NCBI GenBank assembly: GCA_963761335.1
Contig: CAVXGR010000016.1
Coordinates: 1-64,000, forward strand
DNA: 64,000 bases
Direction: 5' to 3'
From: an uncultured delta proteobacterium
Lineage (GTDB): Bacteria > Desulfobacterota > Binatia > HRBIN30 > BPIQ01
The first letter of the stretch is position 1. Every line of letters begins with the position of its first letter. Shown one piece after another: positions 31,577 to 41,098 of the stretch. Made by a program: the position numbers and the translations under genes. The notes under the pieces are model-generated. The model had not been told where the DNA came from. It saw only the letters and a program-made list of their open reading frames with translations, and made no database searches.

Positions 31577-32140
31577 GTGAGCCAGATCGAGAACAAAGTT
31601 CGCTTTGCCGGATCGCACGGCATGACCCTGATCGAGATGCTGGTGGTGATGAGTCTGATCACCGCGGCCAGCCTGTTCGCCTTCTCGAGTCTACAGCCCT
31701 ATGCGATCGAGTTTCGGGTGCGCGGTGCGGCGGGGCTGGTGGCCGCCGAGCTGTCGCGCGCCCGCCAGGAGGCGGTGCGCACGCGCCTCTGTCATTTCTT
31801 CGTGCCGCTCGGCAGCAATCAGTTCCGTATCGTGCGCGACCCGCTCGCCACCCCCAATTGCCAGTACGATGCGGGCGATACGGTGTTGCGCACCATTTCG
31901 CTGGGTGGCCAGTACCCCGGCGTCACCTTCTCGACCGGCGGCGTCTCCGCGGATCCCTACGGGAACGCCCTCGCAGCCGCTACCCCGTCAAACATTCGCT
32001 TCGAGCCCCGTGGCCTGGTGACCAGCACCGGTGGCTCGACGCTCGTCCTCGACTCTCTCGACGCTGCGCCGGTGGCGATCACGGTGACCGCCGCCGGGAC
32101 GGTGCGCACATGGACATACAGGTCGACCGGATGGCACTGA
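31577..32140 (+). CDS. Minor pilin FimT/FimU-like
   Basis: Prepilin site G/MTLIEMLVV, ARQEAV, IRFEPRG. Confidence 0.88.
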   Translation: MSQIENKVRFAGSHGMTLIEMLVVMSLITAASLFAFSSLQPYAIEFRVRGAAGLVAAELSRARQEAVRTRLCHFFVPLGSNQFRIVRDPLATPNCQYDAGDTVLRTISLGGQYPGVTFSTGGVSADPYGNALAAATPSNIRFEPRGLVTSTGGSTLVLDSLDAAPVAITVTAAGTVRTWTYRSTGWH

Positions 32141-32511
32141 CCCCGAAACGACGGCAGCGCCGCCCGCAGAGCGGCTTCACGATCATCGAGACTCTGGTCG
32201 CCATGAGCATCCTGCTGGTCGGCTTCTTGGCGATGACCACGCTCCACGTCAGCGCGATGCGCGGCAACTCGCGGGCGCGACGGCAGACCCTGGCGATGAT
32301 CCTCGCCCACCAGCAGATCGAGCGCTTCCAGCGGCTCGGGGGAGCGAACGTCACAGCGGGATCGGATACGGCGGCGATGGATGGGCGCAGCTTCGCGCGT
32401 TCGTGGACGGTGAGCTCCAACCCCAGCATCTCGCCGACCGTACAGGTTACGGTATCCTGGACCGATCAGTGGGGTCCGGGCTCGGTCACCATTCCCTCGG
32501 TGGTGCGCTGA
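32131..32511 (+). CDS. pilV: Minor pilin PilV-like
   Basis: G/FTIIETLVAM, VTVSW. Confidence 0.85.
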   Translation: MALTPKRRQRRPQSGFTIIETLVAMSILLVGFLAMTTLHVSAMRGNSRARRQTLAMILAHQQIERFQRLGGANVTAGSDTAAMDGRSFARSWTVSSNPSISPTVQVTVSWTDQWGPGSVTIPSVVR

Positions 32512-33266
32512 TGCGTCAGCGGGGCTTCACTGTCATCGAGCTACTGGTGGGCATGGCCCTTTTTCTCGTTCTCTCGGGGCTGGTCTGGCAAGGGGTCAAG
32601 CCGCAGGTCGACAACGCCGGAGTCCAGGTGCGCGTCGCCAACATGCAGACCACTAGCCGCAGCGGCTTCGACCTGCTGGCGCGCGACATGCGCATGGCGG
32701 GATACGGGGTCGAGCTCGGCATGCCCGGCGTCCCGTCTCCGGCGAGCATGCAGAGCGACGTTCTGACCCTCTACGGCAACTACACCAACATCAAGACCAG
32801 CGGCTCGGGCGCCGGCTCGCTGGTGGTGGTGGTCGACGCGACCGGCTTCAAGATCGACAACTACCTGGTGATCCGCGGCTTTCTCGGCGGCGAGTGCTCG
32901 CGCATCGCCGGCGTCGGCGCCAACACCTTGGTGCTGGCGACGCCGCTGACGCGCGTCTACCCCTCCGGCTCGGAGGTCACCCAGCTGGAGCGCGTCCAGT
33001 ATCAGGTCAGCGGGCAGACGCTGTTGCGAGACAACCAGCCCCTGCTCGACGGCCTGGCCGGCTTCACCGTCCAGTACTACCTCGACGACGGCTCCCTGGT
33101 CGCCGACCCGACCGTCAATGAGGCGGCGGTGCGCAGTGCCCTGGTGACGCTGCAGATGTCGACCGTGAATCCGCCCGGCGGGACGGCGCCGTCGAGTGAA
33201 CGCATGACCATCTCCTCGGAGATTCGCATCCGCAACCTGGGCCTCTTCACGGTGTCGCGGCCCTAG
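32511..33266 (+). CDS. pilW: Minor pilin PilW-like
   Basis: G/FTVIELLVG, RDMRMAGY, C-terminal IRIRNL. Confidence 0.87.
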   Translation: MRQRGFTVIELLVGMALFLVLSGLVWQGVKPQVDNAGVQVRVANMQTTSRSGFDLLARDMRMAGYGVELGMPGVPSPASMQSDVLTLYGNYTNIKTSGSGAGSLVVVVDATGFKIDNYLVIRGFLGGECSRIAGVGANTLVLATPLTRVYPSGSEVTQLERVQYQVSGQTLLRDNQPLLDGLAGFTVQYYLDDGSLVADPTVNEAAVRSALVTLQMSTVNPPGGTAPSSERMTISSEIRIRNLGLFTVSRP

Positions 33267-33278
33267 AGGGGAAGAAGG

Positions 33279-33728
33279 ATGACCACGAGAGATCAGCGCG
33301 GCATCGCGCTCCCCACCGTCCTCGTCGCCCTTGTGGCGCTCTCCGCGCTGGCACTGGTAATGACGATCTCGAGTCGCAACGAGCTGGCGGTCTCCGGGGC
33401 CGAGACGCGCAGCCTGCGCACTCTCGAGGCCGCCGACGCGGGCCTGAACTACTCGCTGGGCATCGCCTCGAACTTCGCCGATCCCTCCAGCAAGCCGCTG
33501 GTGGATCTGCGCGCCCAGGGCCTCCCCTTCGACGGCAGCATGCTGGTCACCTACATCCCGCCGCGCCGCCTGCCGCCGCCCGGCATCCGCGTGAGCGCTC
33601 TCAAGGTCAGCTCGTATCTCTTCCAGCTGAACTCCGAAGGGCAAGTCAAGGCATCAAGCGTCTCCGAGCCGCCGAGCATCACGCGGCTGGAGATGGAAGC
33701 CAGCAAGCTCGGTCCCAGCGGCCGCTAG
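33279..33728 (+). CDS. pilX: Minor pilin PilX-like
   Basis: RG/IALPTVL without Glu5, AADAGL. Confidence 0.82.
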   Translation: MTTRDQRGIALPTVLVALVALSALALVMTISSRNELAVSGAETRSLRTLEAADAGLNYSLGIASNFADPSSKPLVDLRAQGLPFDGSMLVTYIPPRRLPPPGIRVSALKVSSYLFQLNSEGQVKASSVSEPPSITRLEMEASKLGPSGR

Positions 33729-33739
33729 CGAGGACAAAC

Positions 33740-36685
33740 ATGAAATACCGGTGGCAGACTCTCGGGTTGCACCTCGGTGCGGCACTGCTCCTCAGCGTCG
33801 TGGTCGGCGCGACGCGCAGCGCCGCTCTGGAGACGGATATTCTCTTCGGTGACCCGGTCAAGCCGAACATCCTCATCCTCTTCGACAACTCCGGCAGCAT
33901 GAACGATGCGGCCACCTACAACTCGGTGAGCACGTATACCGGCTCCTATAATCCGACGACCATCTACAGCCGCTGCCGGACCTACTACAGCAATTGTACC
34001 TGCAGGCGCACGAATACGTATTGGTCGGTGTCCGACGGCACCTGCGGCTGGGTGGACGATGACGCCGACGGCGTCGACGACCGCACCTCGTACAAGAAGC
34101 TGGGCAATCGCCTGAACTATGAAGCGAACTCTCCCAACAAGATGTCGGTGGCCAAGTCGGTCATCCGCAACCTCTTGCAGCGGCCCGACGTACAGAACGT
34201 CCGCTGGGGCCTGATGGTCTATACCAACCAGTACCTGCCGAACAACTACAGCAGCACCTCCGATGTGAGCAAGTGGCACAACGACACCACGGTTCTGCGG
34301 GCGCCGATCGCCGACAACAACCAGCAAAATGTCACCAACATCATCAACGGCCTCGGCGCCAACGGCGGTACGCCGTCGGGCAATCGACTCGTCCAGGCGG
34401 GAAACTACTTTGCCGGGTCTCTGCCCGGGTTTCCGTCTCCGATCCAGTACACCTGCCAGCGGAACTACATCATCGTCATCACCGACGGCCGCCCGGAGGT
34501 GGAGGGGAACACGATCAACGCCTACAACAAAGGTGATTTCACCATGATCGAGAGCTGGCTGACCTCCAAGCTGGGCTCCAACATCGATGCCGACGGCGAC
34601 GGCGATGAGAATCCCCCGGGGACCGGTTACAACGGCGGCTCGAAGTACTTCGACGACGTCGCCTGGGTGCTCCAGCGCCAGGACCTGCTTCCGTCGATGG
34701 ACGGCACGCAGAACATCACCACCTTCACCATTGGCTTCGATGTCGACAACTACATTCTGGCCAACGCGGCCGTGAATGGTGGCGGCAAGTACTTCATCGC
34801 GAGCACCGCGGATCAGCTCGCCGACGCGCTGCGGCGCACCATCAACCTGATCATGACGGATGCCCAGTCGTTCGTCGCCCCGGTGGTGCCGGTGAACGCC
34901 CTGAAGCGCACGCAGAGCGGTGACCGGCTCTACATCGCACTGTTCCAGCCTTTGCAGAGCTCGAACTTCTGGGCGGGCAACATCAAGAAGTACGGCATCG
35001 CCACCAACGGCGACCTCCTCAGCCCGAGCGGCAGCGCGGCCACCAACCCCGACGGCTCACTCAAGCCCACTTCCTCGTCCTACTACGACAGCGTTCCCTC
35101 CGGAGGAGCGGTGACCAAGGGCGGTGTGGGCGAGCGGCTCCTGACGCGCAGCTCGGCGCGCAACATCTATACCTATCTCGGCAACACCTCGCTGACGGCC
35201 TCCACCAATGCCTTCACCACCGGCAACACCGGCATCACCAAGGCGCTGCTGAACGTGCCCGACGACACCACCCGCAACCAGGTCATCAGCTACGTCCGCG
35301 GCGAGGACGTCTTCGACGATGACGAGGACGGCAACACCACCGAGAAGCGCGATTGGATCCTCGGCGACTTCATCCACTCCACGCCGCTGGTGGCGACCTA
35401 TGACGACGGCACCTCGGTGATCTTCGACGGCTCCAACGACGGCCAGCTGCACGCCTTCGACGATGCCAGCGGCGACGAGCTCTGGGCCTTCGTCCCACCG
35501 GCGATCCTGCCGCGCCTGAAGGAGCTGCTTCCCGCGGACGCGCCGGCCCACCCGTTCCTGGTAGACGGCTCGCCGAAGCTGCTGAAGACCGACAGCGGAC
35601 AGCGGATCGTCGTCTTCGGTCTGCGGCGCGGGGGCTCCTCCTACTACGCCCTCGACGTGACCAACAAGACATCGCCTCGGTACCTGTGGTCGATCAGCTC
35701 GAGCACCTCCGGCTTCTCGGAGCTCGGGCAGGCATGGTCGGAACCGGCTCTCGGCAAGATGGGCACCGCCAGCTCCTTCCAGTATGTGGCCCTGTTCGGC
35801 GCCGGCTACGACACCTACTACGACGATCCGACACTGACCAACCCGGATACCGTCACTCCCGTCGGTCGCGGGGTGTTTGCCGTCAACGCGCTCACCGGCG
35901 CCCTGATCAATGCCTTGCGGCCGAGCGGGATGAACTACGCGGTGGCGAGCAATCTGTCCGCAATCGACGTCAACTCGGACGACACCATCGACCTCGCCTA
36001 CTTCGGCGACCTGGGCGGAAACCTGTGGCGCTGGGATCTGCCGACCACTCTCACCAAGCTGTTCACCGCACCGACCGGCCACAAGATCTTCGCTGCTCCC
36101 GATATTGTCATCGATCACGCCTTCCTCGACGTGTTCTTCGGCACCGGCGATCTGGCCAGCCCTCTCTATGAGGGCGTCACCGACCGGCTGTACTCCTTCC
36201 GCGACGATGGCTTCACCGGAGGTTACACGGAAGCGGCTCTCGTGGATGTCACCGACAACCTGATCCAGGAGGGGAGCAGCTCGCAGAAGGAGACCCTGCA
36301 GAATCAGCTGGATGCGAGTCACGGCTGGTATATCCGCCTGCCGCATTCGGGTGAGAAGTCGCTGTCCTCGCCGCTGGCGTTCTTCGACGTCCTCTTCACC
36401 ACCTTCGTGCCGACGCGGGAGGTGTGCTCGGGCGGCGGCGACGCCTACCTGTACACGCTCGGTTACGACGCCGGCGCCGCGGTGGTCGACGCCAACGACA
36501 ATGGAACGCTGACCAAGGACGATCGCTCCAAGGACATCGGCAACAGCATCCCGACGGAGGTGACGGCCACCATTCGCGAGGATGGAGCGGTCGGCTACGT
36601 CGGCGTCGGCGGGGCCATTCCCCGTGTCGACCTGTCGGCACCTCCCCTCAACCTGGTGCCGATCTACTGGCGCGAGCTCTACTGA
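33740..36685 (+). CDS. pilY1: PilY1/PilC-like type IV pilus tip adhesin (copy 2)
   Basis: Signal peptide, vWA MIDAS, beta-propeller motifs, follows pilX; paralog of 27980..31069. Confidence 0.92.
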   Translation: MKYRWQTLGLHLGAALLLSVVVGATRSAALETDILFGDPVKPNILILFDNSGSMNDAATYNSVSTYTGSYNPTTIYSRCRTYYSNCTCRRTNTYWSVSDGTCGWVDDDADGVDDRTSYKKLGNRLNYEANSPNKMSVAKSVIRNLLQRPDVQNVRWGLMVYTNQYLPNNYSSTSDVSKWHNDTTVLRAPIADNNQQNVTNIINGLGANGGTPSGNRLVQAGNYFAGSLPGFPSPIQYTCQRNYIIVITDGRPEVEGNTINAYNKGDFTMIESWLTSKLGSNIDADGDGDENPPGTGYNGGSKYFDDVAWVLQRQDLLPSMDGTQNITTFTIGFDVDNYILANAAVNGGGKYFIASTADQLADALRRTINLIMTDAQSFVAPVVPVNALKRTQSGDRLYIALFQPLQSSNFWAGNIKKYGIATNGDLLSPSGSAATNPDGSLKPTSSSYYDSVPSGGAVTKGGVGERLLTRSSARNIYTYLGNTSLTASTNAFTTGNTGITKALLNVPDDTTRNQVISYVRGEDVFDDDEDGNTTEKRDWILGDFIHSTPLVATYDDGTSVIFDGSNDGQLHAFDDASGDELWAFVPPAILPRLKELLPADAPAHPFLVDGSPKLLKTDSGQRIVVFGLRRGGSSYYALDVTNKTSPRYLWSISSSTSGFSELGQAWSEPALGKMGTASSFQYVALFGAGYDTYYDDPTLTNPDTVTPVGRGVFAVNALTGALINALRPSGMNYAVASNLSAIDVNSDDTIDLAYFGDLGGNLWRWDLPTTLTKLFTAPTGHKIFAAPDIVIDHAFLDVFFGTGDLASPLYEGVTDRLYSFRDDGFTGGYTEAALVDVTDNLIQEGSSSQKETLQNQLDASHGWYIRLPHSGEKSLSSPLAFFDVLFTTFVPTREVCSGGGDAYLYTLGYDAGAAVVDANDNGTLTKDDRSKDIGNSIPTEVTATIREDGAVGYVGVGGAIPRVDLSAPPLNLVPIYWRELY

Positions 36686-36703
36686 TCTCGCGAGGAGACG
36701 ACA

Positions 36704-36988
36704 ATGCTCAAGAAACTCATCTTCGCGGCGCTGCTCCTTCTGCCGCTGGGCACGGCGTCGGCGTGGGCGGACGAGATTTACGGAAAGATCGAGGCGCTCG
36801 ACCACGCCGGTCGCATCAAGGTCTCCGGCCAGGTGGCGCAGATCACCGCGGACACCGAGCTGCTCACCCCGGCACACGAGACCTTCACGCGCGCCGAGCT
36901 CCACGTCGGCCTCGAGGTCGACATGGTGGTCAGCGACGGCGACGCCGGCACCGTCGTCGACAAGATCACGGCTGCCGTCGTGCGGTGA
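36704..36988 (+). CDS. Small secreted DUF5666-like protein (copy 2)
   Basis: RBS aggag, signal peptide, similar to 27687..27980. Confidence 0.8.
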   Translation: MLKKLIFAALLLLPLGTASAWADEIYGKIEALDHAGRIKVSGQVAQITADTELLTPAHETFTRAELHVGLEVDMVVSDGDAGTVVDKITAAVVR

Positions 36989-37091
36989 ACCACAGAGGCG
37001 CACGCCCTCGGCGCCCCTGCGGCTTCACCCCGCGCCTCTTCCCATGAAGGCCAAACCGTGATTCATTCAACGGTTGCACGTCCGGAGAGAG

Positions 37092-37850
37092 ATGAGTCGC
37101 GCAGTGCCGAAAGCGGTATTCCTCGACGTGGGTTGGACGATCGCCTACCCGCGTCGCTCCATCTGGGAGATCTTTGCCGATGTCGGGCGATCCGCGGGCG
37201 CCGAGGTGAGTGCCGTCCTGGCGGAGCAGAGCGTCTACCAACTTCTCCTGGGCATGCGGCCGCGCGCCGTCGCCGATTTCGAGGGCGGCGCGAGCTACTC
37301 CGACTCGGATGAGGAGTTCGCTGCCCAGTTCGCCGCCCTGAGTCGTCTGATCTTCGCTGCCGCCGCGGTTGCCGGCGATCCGGAAGCGCTGGCGGCGCGG
37401 TTTCTCGAGCAGTTCTGGCACGGCGACAACTGGGAAGTTTTTCCCGACGTGCTCGAGGCGGTGACCTCCCTACGGCGCGCCGGGGTGCGTGTCGGCGTGC
37501 TCTCCAATGCCGGCTCGGAGCTGCCGTCCTTCTTGGAACGCCTCGGCTTGCTGCCGCACTTCGACTTCACCGTGGTCTCGGCGCTCGAGGGCACGAAGAA
37601 GCCGGATCAGCGCATCTTTGCCCGCGCCCTCGGTCTCGCCGGCGTCGAGCCGCAGGACGCAGTTCATGTGGGCGACATGTACCTCGAGGACATCCTCGGA
37701 GCGCGCACCGCCGGAGTCAGAGCACTGCTCATGGAGCGCGGGCCGCGCTCCATGTTTCCCAGCTTCCCCGAATCGGCAGTGCAGCCGGCGGGCGAGGTCG
37801 AGGTCGTGCGCGACATGGGAGAAGTCCTTGCCGCCCTGGGGATGCCCTAG
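37092..37850 (+). CDS. HAD-superfamily hydrolase
   Basis: FLDVGWT, VLSNA, KKPD, HVGD..LEDILGA. Confidence 0.9.
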   Translation: MSRAVPKAVFLDVGWTIAYPRRSIWEIFADVGRSAGAEVSAVLAEQSVYQLLLGMRPRAVADFEGGASYSDSDEEFAAQFAALSRLIFAAAAVAGDPEALAARFLEQFWHGDNWEVFPDVLEAVTSLRRAGVRVGVLSNAGSELPSFLERLGLLPHFDFTVVSALEGTKKPDQRIFARALGLAGVEPQDAVHVGDMYLEDILGARTAGVRALLMERGPRSMFPSFPESAVQPAGEVEVVRDMGEVLAALGMP

Positions 37851-37870
37851 CACGGGTTCCCACCCCGCTG

Positions 37871-38749
37871 GTGATCGCGCGGATTACTCTCCTGCTTCTG
37901 TGTCTGCTTCCCTGCGGGGCCCTCGGTGCCTCGGCGGGGAACGCCGAGCACGGTCGCGTCGTCTTCGCCCTGGCGGGCGGCTGCTCGTGTCATACCCCGT
38001 CGCAGGGGCCGGTCGGTGCCGGCGGGCGAGAGATCGTCACTCCCTTCGGCAAGTTCTACGGCACCAACATCACTCCGGATGCGGAGACCGGGATCGGCGC
38101 CTGGACGGATGCGGAGGTGGTCGCCGCCATTCGCGACGGTTATGCGCGCGGCAAAGGGGTGGAGGCGCCGGTGATGCCGTATCCCCAGTACTCCGGCATG
38201 GCCGACCGCGACGTCGAGGACCTGGTCGCCTACCTGAGAACGCTGCCTCCGGTCCGGCGCCGCAATCGCGACCACGAGCTGTCCCTGCCGTGGCCTCGGC
38301 TGGCATTTCGGCTCTGGCGGCTTCTCTTCGGCCCCGCCGCCGGGGCGGTGCCGGCGGAGGCGCCCGCCGCCGGCGCCCCCCGCGGCCGCTACCTCGTCGA
38401 TCACGTCTCCATCTGCGCCGATTGCCACACCCCGAGAAATCGTTTCGGGGTACTGGTCGAGGGAATGTATCTCGCCGGCACGGAGAACGGCCCGAACGGC
38501 AAGTCGGTGCCCAACATCACACCGGACCGAGCCACCGGGATCGGCGACTGGGACGCAAGCGACGTCGTCCAGGTGCTCGAGTCGGGGATGCTGCCGAACT
38601 TCGACAACGTCCAGGGCCTCATGGCTGAAGTGGTGGACGGCGCTGCCGGCGGCCCGGGCTACGCGAAGGCGCCGAAAACGGAGCTCCGCGCCATTGCGGA
38701 GTTTCTCGGAACTGTGAAGCCGGTGGAGCATGACGTCTCCGGTGATTGA
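37871..38749 (+). CDS. Periplasmic diheme cytochrome c
   Basis: Signal peptide, CSCH and CADCH motifs, repeated NITPD..TGIG.W. Confidence 0.88.
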   Translation: MIARITLLLLCLLPCGALGASAGNAEHGRVVFALAGGCSCHTPSQGPVGAGGREIVTPFGKFYGTNITPDAETGIGAWTDAEVVAAIRDGYARGKGVEAPVMPYPQYSGMADRDVEDLVAYLRTLPPVRRRNRDHELSLPWPRLAFRLWRLLFGPAAGAVPAEAPAAGAPRGRYLVDHVSICADCHTPRNRFGVLVEGMYLAGTENGPNGKSVPNITPDRATGIGDWDASDVVQVLESGMLPNFDNVQGLMAEVVDGAAGGPGYAKAPKTELRAIAEFLGTVKPVEHDVSGD

Positions 38750-38786
38750 GCCGCCGCTCGAGCGGCGGCCCGGAAGGAGAGGATGA

Positions 38787-39260
38787 ATGAGACGGATGTT
38801 ATGGATGGGAAATCTGACGGCGGCGGCATTGCTCGCCCTGCCGCTGCTCGGGACGGCGCACGCCCACGACGCCAAGAAGCATGCGGAGCAGCTGCCGCCG
38901 GGGCCGATTCGCGATCGACATGAGCTCATGGAGGGCATTGGCAAGCAAGCGAAGAAGATCGGCGCCGCGATGAAGGCGGGCCAGACGACGGGGGTGGCGC
39001 CGGCCGCGGAAGCCATCAGCGCCTCGGCGAAGAAGATCCTGCCGCTGTTTCCGCCCGGCAGCACCCACGAGTACTCGCGCGCCAAGCCGGAGATCTGGCA
39101 GAACTGGGCCGAGTTCGAGCAGCTGTCCAATGATCTGGTCACTGACTCTGCGGCATTGGCGGCGGCGGCGAAGGAGAACGGCGACGTCAAGGCCGCCTCG
39201 CAGAAGATGTTCCAGAACTGCAAGAGCTGCCACGAGAAGTTCCGCATCCCGGAGAAGTGA
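38787..39260 (+). CDS. Class II cytochrome c (c'/c556-like)
   Basis: Signal peptide, R..LM, AKPEIW, C-terminal CKSCH. Confidence 0.9.
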   Translation: MRRMLWMGNLTAAALLALPLLGTAHAHDAKKHAEQLPPGPIRDRHELMEGIGKQAKKIGAAMKAGQTTGVAPAAEAISASAKKILPLFPPGSTHEYSRAKPEIWQNWAEFEQLSNDLVTDSAALAAAAKENGDVKAASQKMFQNCKSCHEKFRIPEK

Positions 39261-39271
39261 CCCGGGATCGT

Positions 39272-39367
39272 GAGGTTGTCTCAAAACTGGGCAAAACGAT
39301 TCCGCCGGCCCGCGGGCCAAGTAGAAGCGGCGACTCGCCGCTTCTACTTTGGTTTTGCGATAACCTC
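39272..39367. mobile_element. ~96-bp MITE-like element with an internal REP-like hairpin
   Basis: Terminal inverted repeats gaggttgtctcaaaac / gttttgcgataacctc (14/16); internal perfect hairpin aagtagaagcggcga-c-tcgccgcttctactt (39319-39349). Confidence 0.6.
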
Positions 39368-39478
39368 TCATCTCTAGGTCGAGGGAGAGGCGTCGAGCGC
39401 CTGCGTCGCGAAATGTTCACAGAATGTGGATGGACGGAGAAGCGGTTTCAAGGTATATGCGCGCCAGGACGCAAACGA

Positions 39479-40846
39479 ATGTCGATGGAGTCGAAGGAGG
39501 TCGGCAAGGACGCGCTCGATCAGCCGAATGCCCAGTTTCACGTTCTCTCCTTCGAAGGCCCGGATGCGTACTCGCGCGCCGGCGGCATCGCCAGCCGGAT
39601 CACGGGGCTGACGCTGGGGCTGGCCGAAGCCGGTTTCGACACACACCTGTGGTTCGTCGGTGACCCGAACCTCCCGGGGAGCGAAGAGCACGGCACTCTC
39701 CGTCTGCACCGTTGGTGCCAATGGATCAGCCGCTTCCATCCGTATGGCGTCTACGACGGCGAGGAGGGGAAGCGCGCCGACATGGCGTCCTCTCTGCCGC
39801 CGTTCCTGATGCGCGAGTCGCTGCTGCCGTTCCTGCAGACCGGCGGCGAGCGTGTCGTCATCCTCGCCGAGGAGTGGCAGACGGTCGACGCGGTGCTGCA
39901 CCTGGACTGGCTGCTCCGCGGCGCTCGCGTGCGCGACCGCGTCACCATTCTGTGGAACGCCAACAACACCTTCGGATTCGACCGCATCGACTGGGCCCGA
40001 CTGGCCAACGCCGCCGTGGTCACCACGGTGAGCCGTTACATGCGCCATCGGATGTGGAGCCTGGGGGTCGACCCGGTCGTGGTCCCGAACGGTCTCGCCG
40101 CCGAAGACTTGCAACCCCCCGCCCGCGCCGCCATGAACGAGTTCCGCCGCCGCCTGCGCGACCGCCTGGTTCTCTCCAAGGTGGCGCGCTGGGATCCCGA
40201 CAAGCGCTGGCTGCTGGCCGTCGATACCGTCGGGGAGCTCCGGCGTCACGGGCAGCGGCCGTTGCTTGTCGCCCGTGGCGGTGTGGAGGCGCACGGCGCC
40301 GAGGTCATGCAGAGAGCGGCGGCCTCCGGTCTCCACGTCGTCGAGCGCACCTGCGAGGCCCCCGGCATTCGGGGGCTGCTCCAGAGTCTGGAGAACCTCG
40401 GGGACGCCGACATCGTGAACCTGCGCTGCACTCTCGACCGCGATTCACGGCGCGTGCTGTTCCGCGGTTCGAGCGCCGTTCTCGCCAACAGCGGACACGA
40501 GCCCTTCGGTCTCGTCGGACTCGAGGCGATGGCGGCGGGAGGCCTGGTGTGCACCGGCGGAACCGGCGAGGATTACGCCGTGCCGGGCTGGAATGCCCTG
40601 GTCCTGCAGACCCAGGACCCGCGCGAATTTCTCAGCCTCTTCCAGCGGCTCCAGGCGAATCCGGCGGAGGACCGCGCCGTGCGCCAGCGTGGCCGCGTCA
40701 CCGCCAAGCTGTACCTGTGGGCGGAGATCATCCGGCGCAACTTTCTGCCGAGCGTCCACCTTCCGGACCCGCAGCGCCGCCCCGCCCGCAGTGCTCAACC
40801 CTCCTGTCCGCCCCTGTTGCAGGCCGCGCCCAATCACGCCGCCTGA
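39479..40846 (+). CDS. Glycosyltransferase family 4
   Basis: SFEGPD..AGG N-terminus, EPFGLVGLEAMAAG motif; start uncertain. Confidence 0.87.
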   Translation: MSMESKEVGKDALDQPNAQFHVLSFEGPDAYSRAGGIASRITGLTLGLAEAGFDTHLWFVGDPNLPGSEEHGTLRLHRWCQWISRFHPYGVYDGEEGKRADMASSLPPFLMRESLLPFLQTGGERVVILAEEWQTVDAVLHLDWLLRGARVRDRVTILWNANNTFGFDRIDWARLANAAVVTTVSRYMRHRMWSLGVDPVVVPNGLAAEDLQPPARAAMNEFRRRLRDRLVLSKVARWDPDKRWLLAVDTVGELRRHGQRPLLVARGGVEAHGAEVMQRAAASGLHVVERTCEAPGIRGLLQSLENLGDADIVNLRCTLDRDSRRVLFRGSSAVLANSGHEPFGLVGLEAMAAGGLVCTGGTGEDYAVPGWNALVLQTQDPREFLSLFQRLQANPAEDRAVRQRGRVTAKLYLWAEIIRRNFLPSVHLPDPQRRPARSAQPSCPPLLQAAPNHAA

Positions 40847-40896
40847 CGGCCGCGAATCTCTGCGGCGTCGCCGGAGGGCGAGGCGGGCTTGTCAAA

Positions 40897-41021
40897 CCCG
40901 GTCCTCATTCTGTCGTTTTCCATCCTCTCTGACAGCCGCGGGAAGCCAACGCCACAGCGCCTTCTCGTGAGGCTCGCAGAGCAATGGAAAACGACGGAAT
41001 GAGAACCGGGAATGAGGACGG
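40897..41021. repeat. Palindromic element copy A (divergent, shortened left arm)
   Basis: Arms cccggtcctcattctgtcgttttccat / aatggaaaacgacggaatgagaaccgggaatgaggacgg around a ~58-bp core. Confidence 0.85.
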
Positions 41022-41098
41022 AGAATGGCTGCGTCGATGAATCCGCTTGAGACAGCTCTCTCCACCTGCAATCTTCTGGCTGTCGAGAAGGAGTCTGA

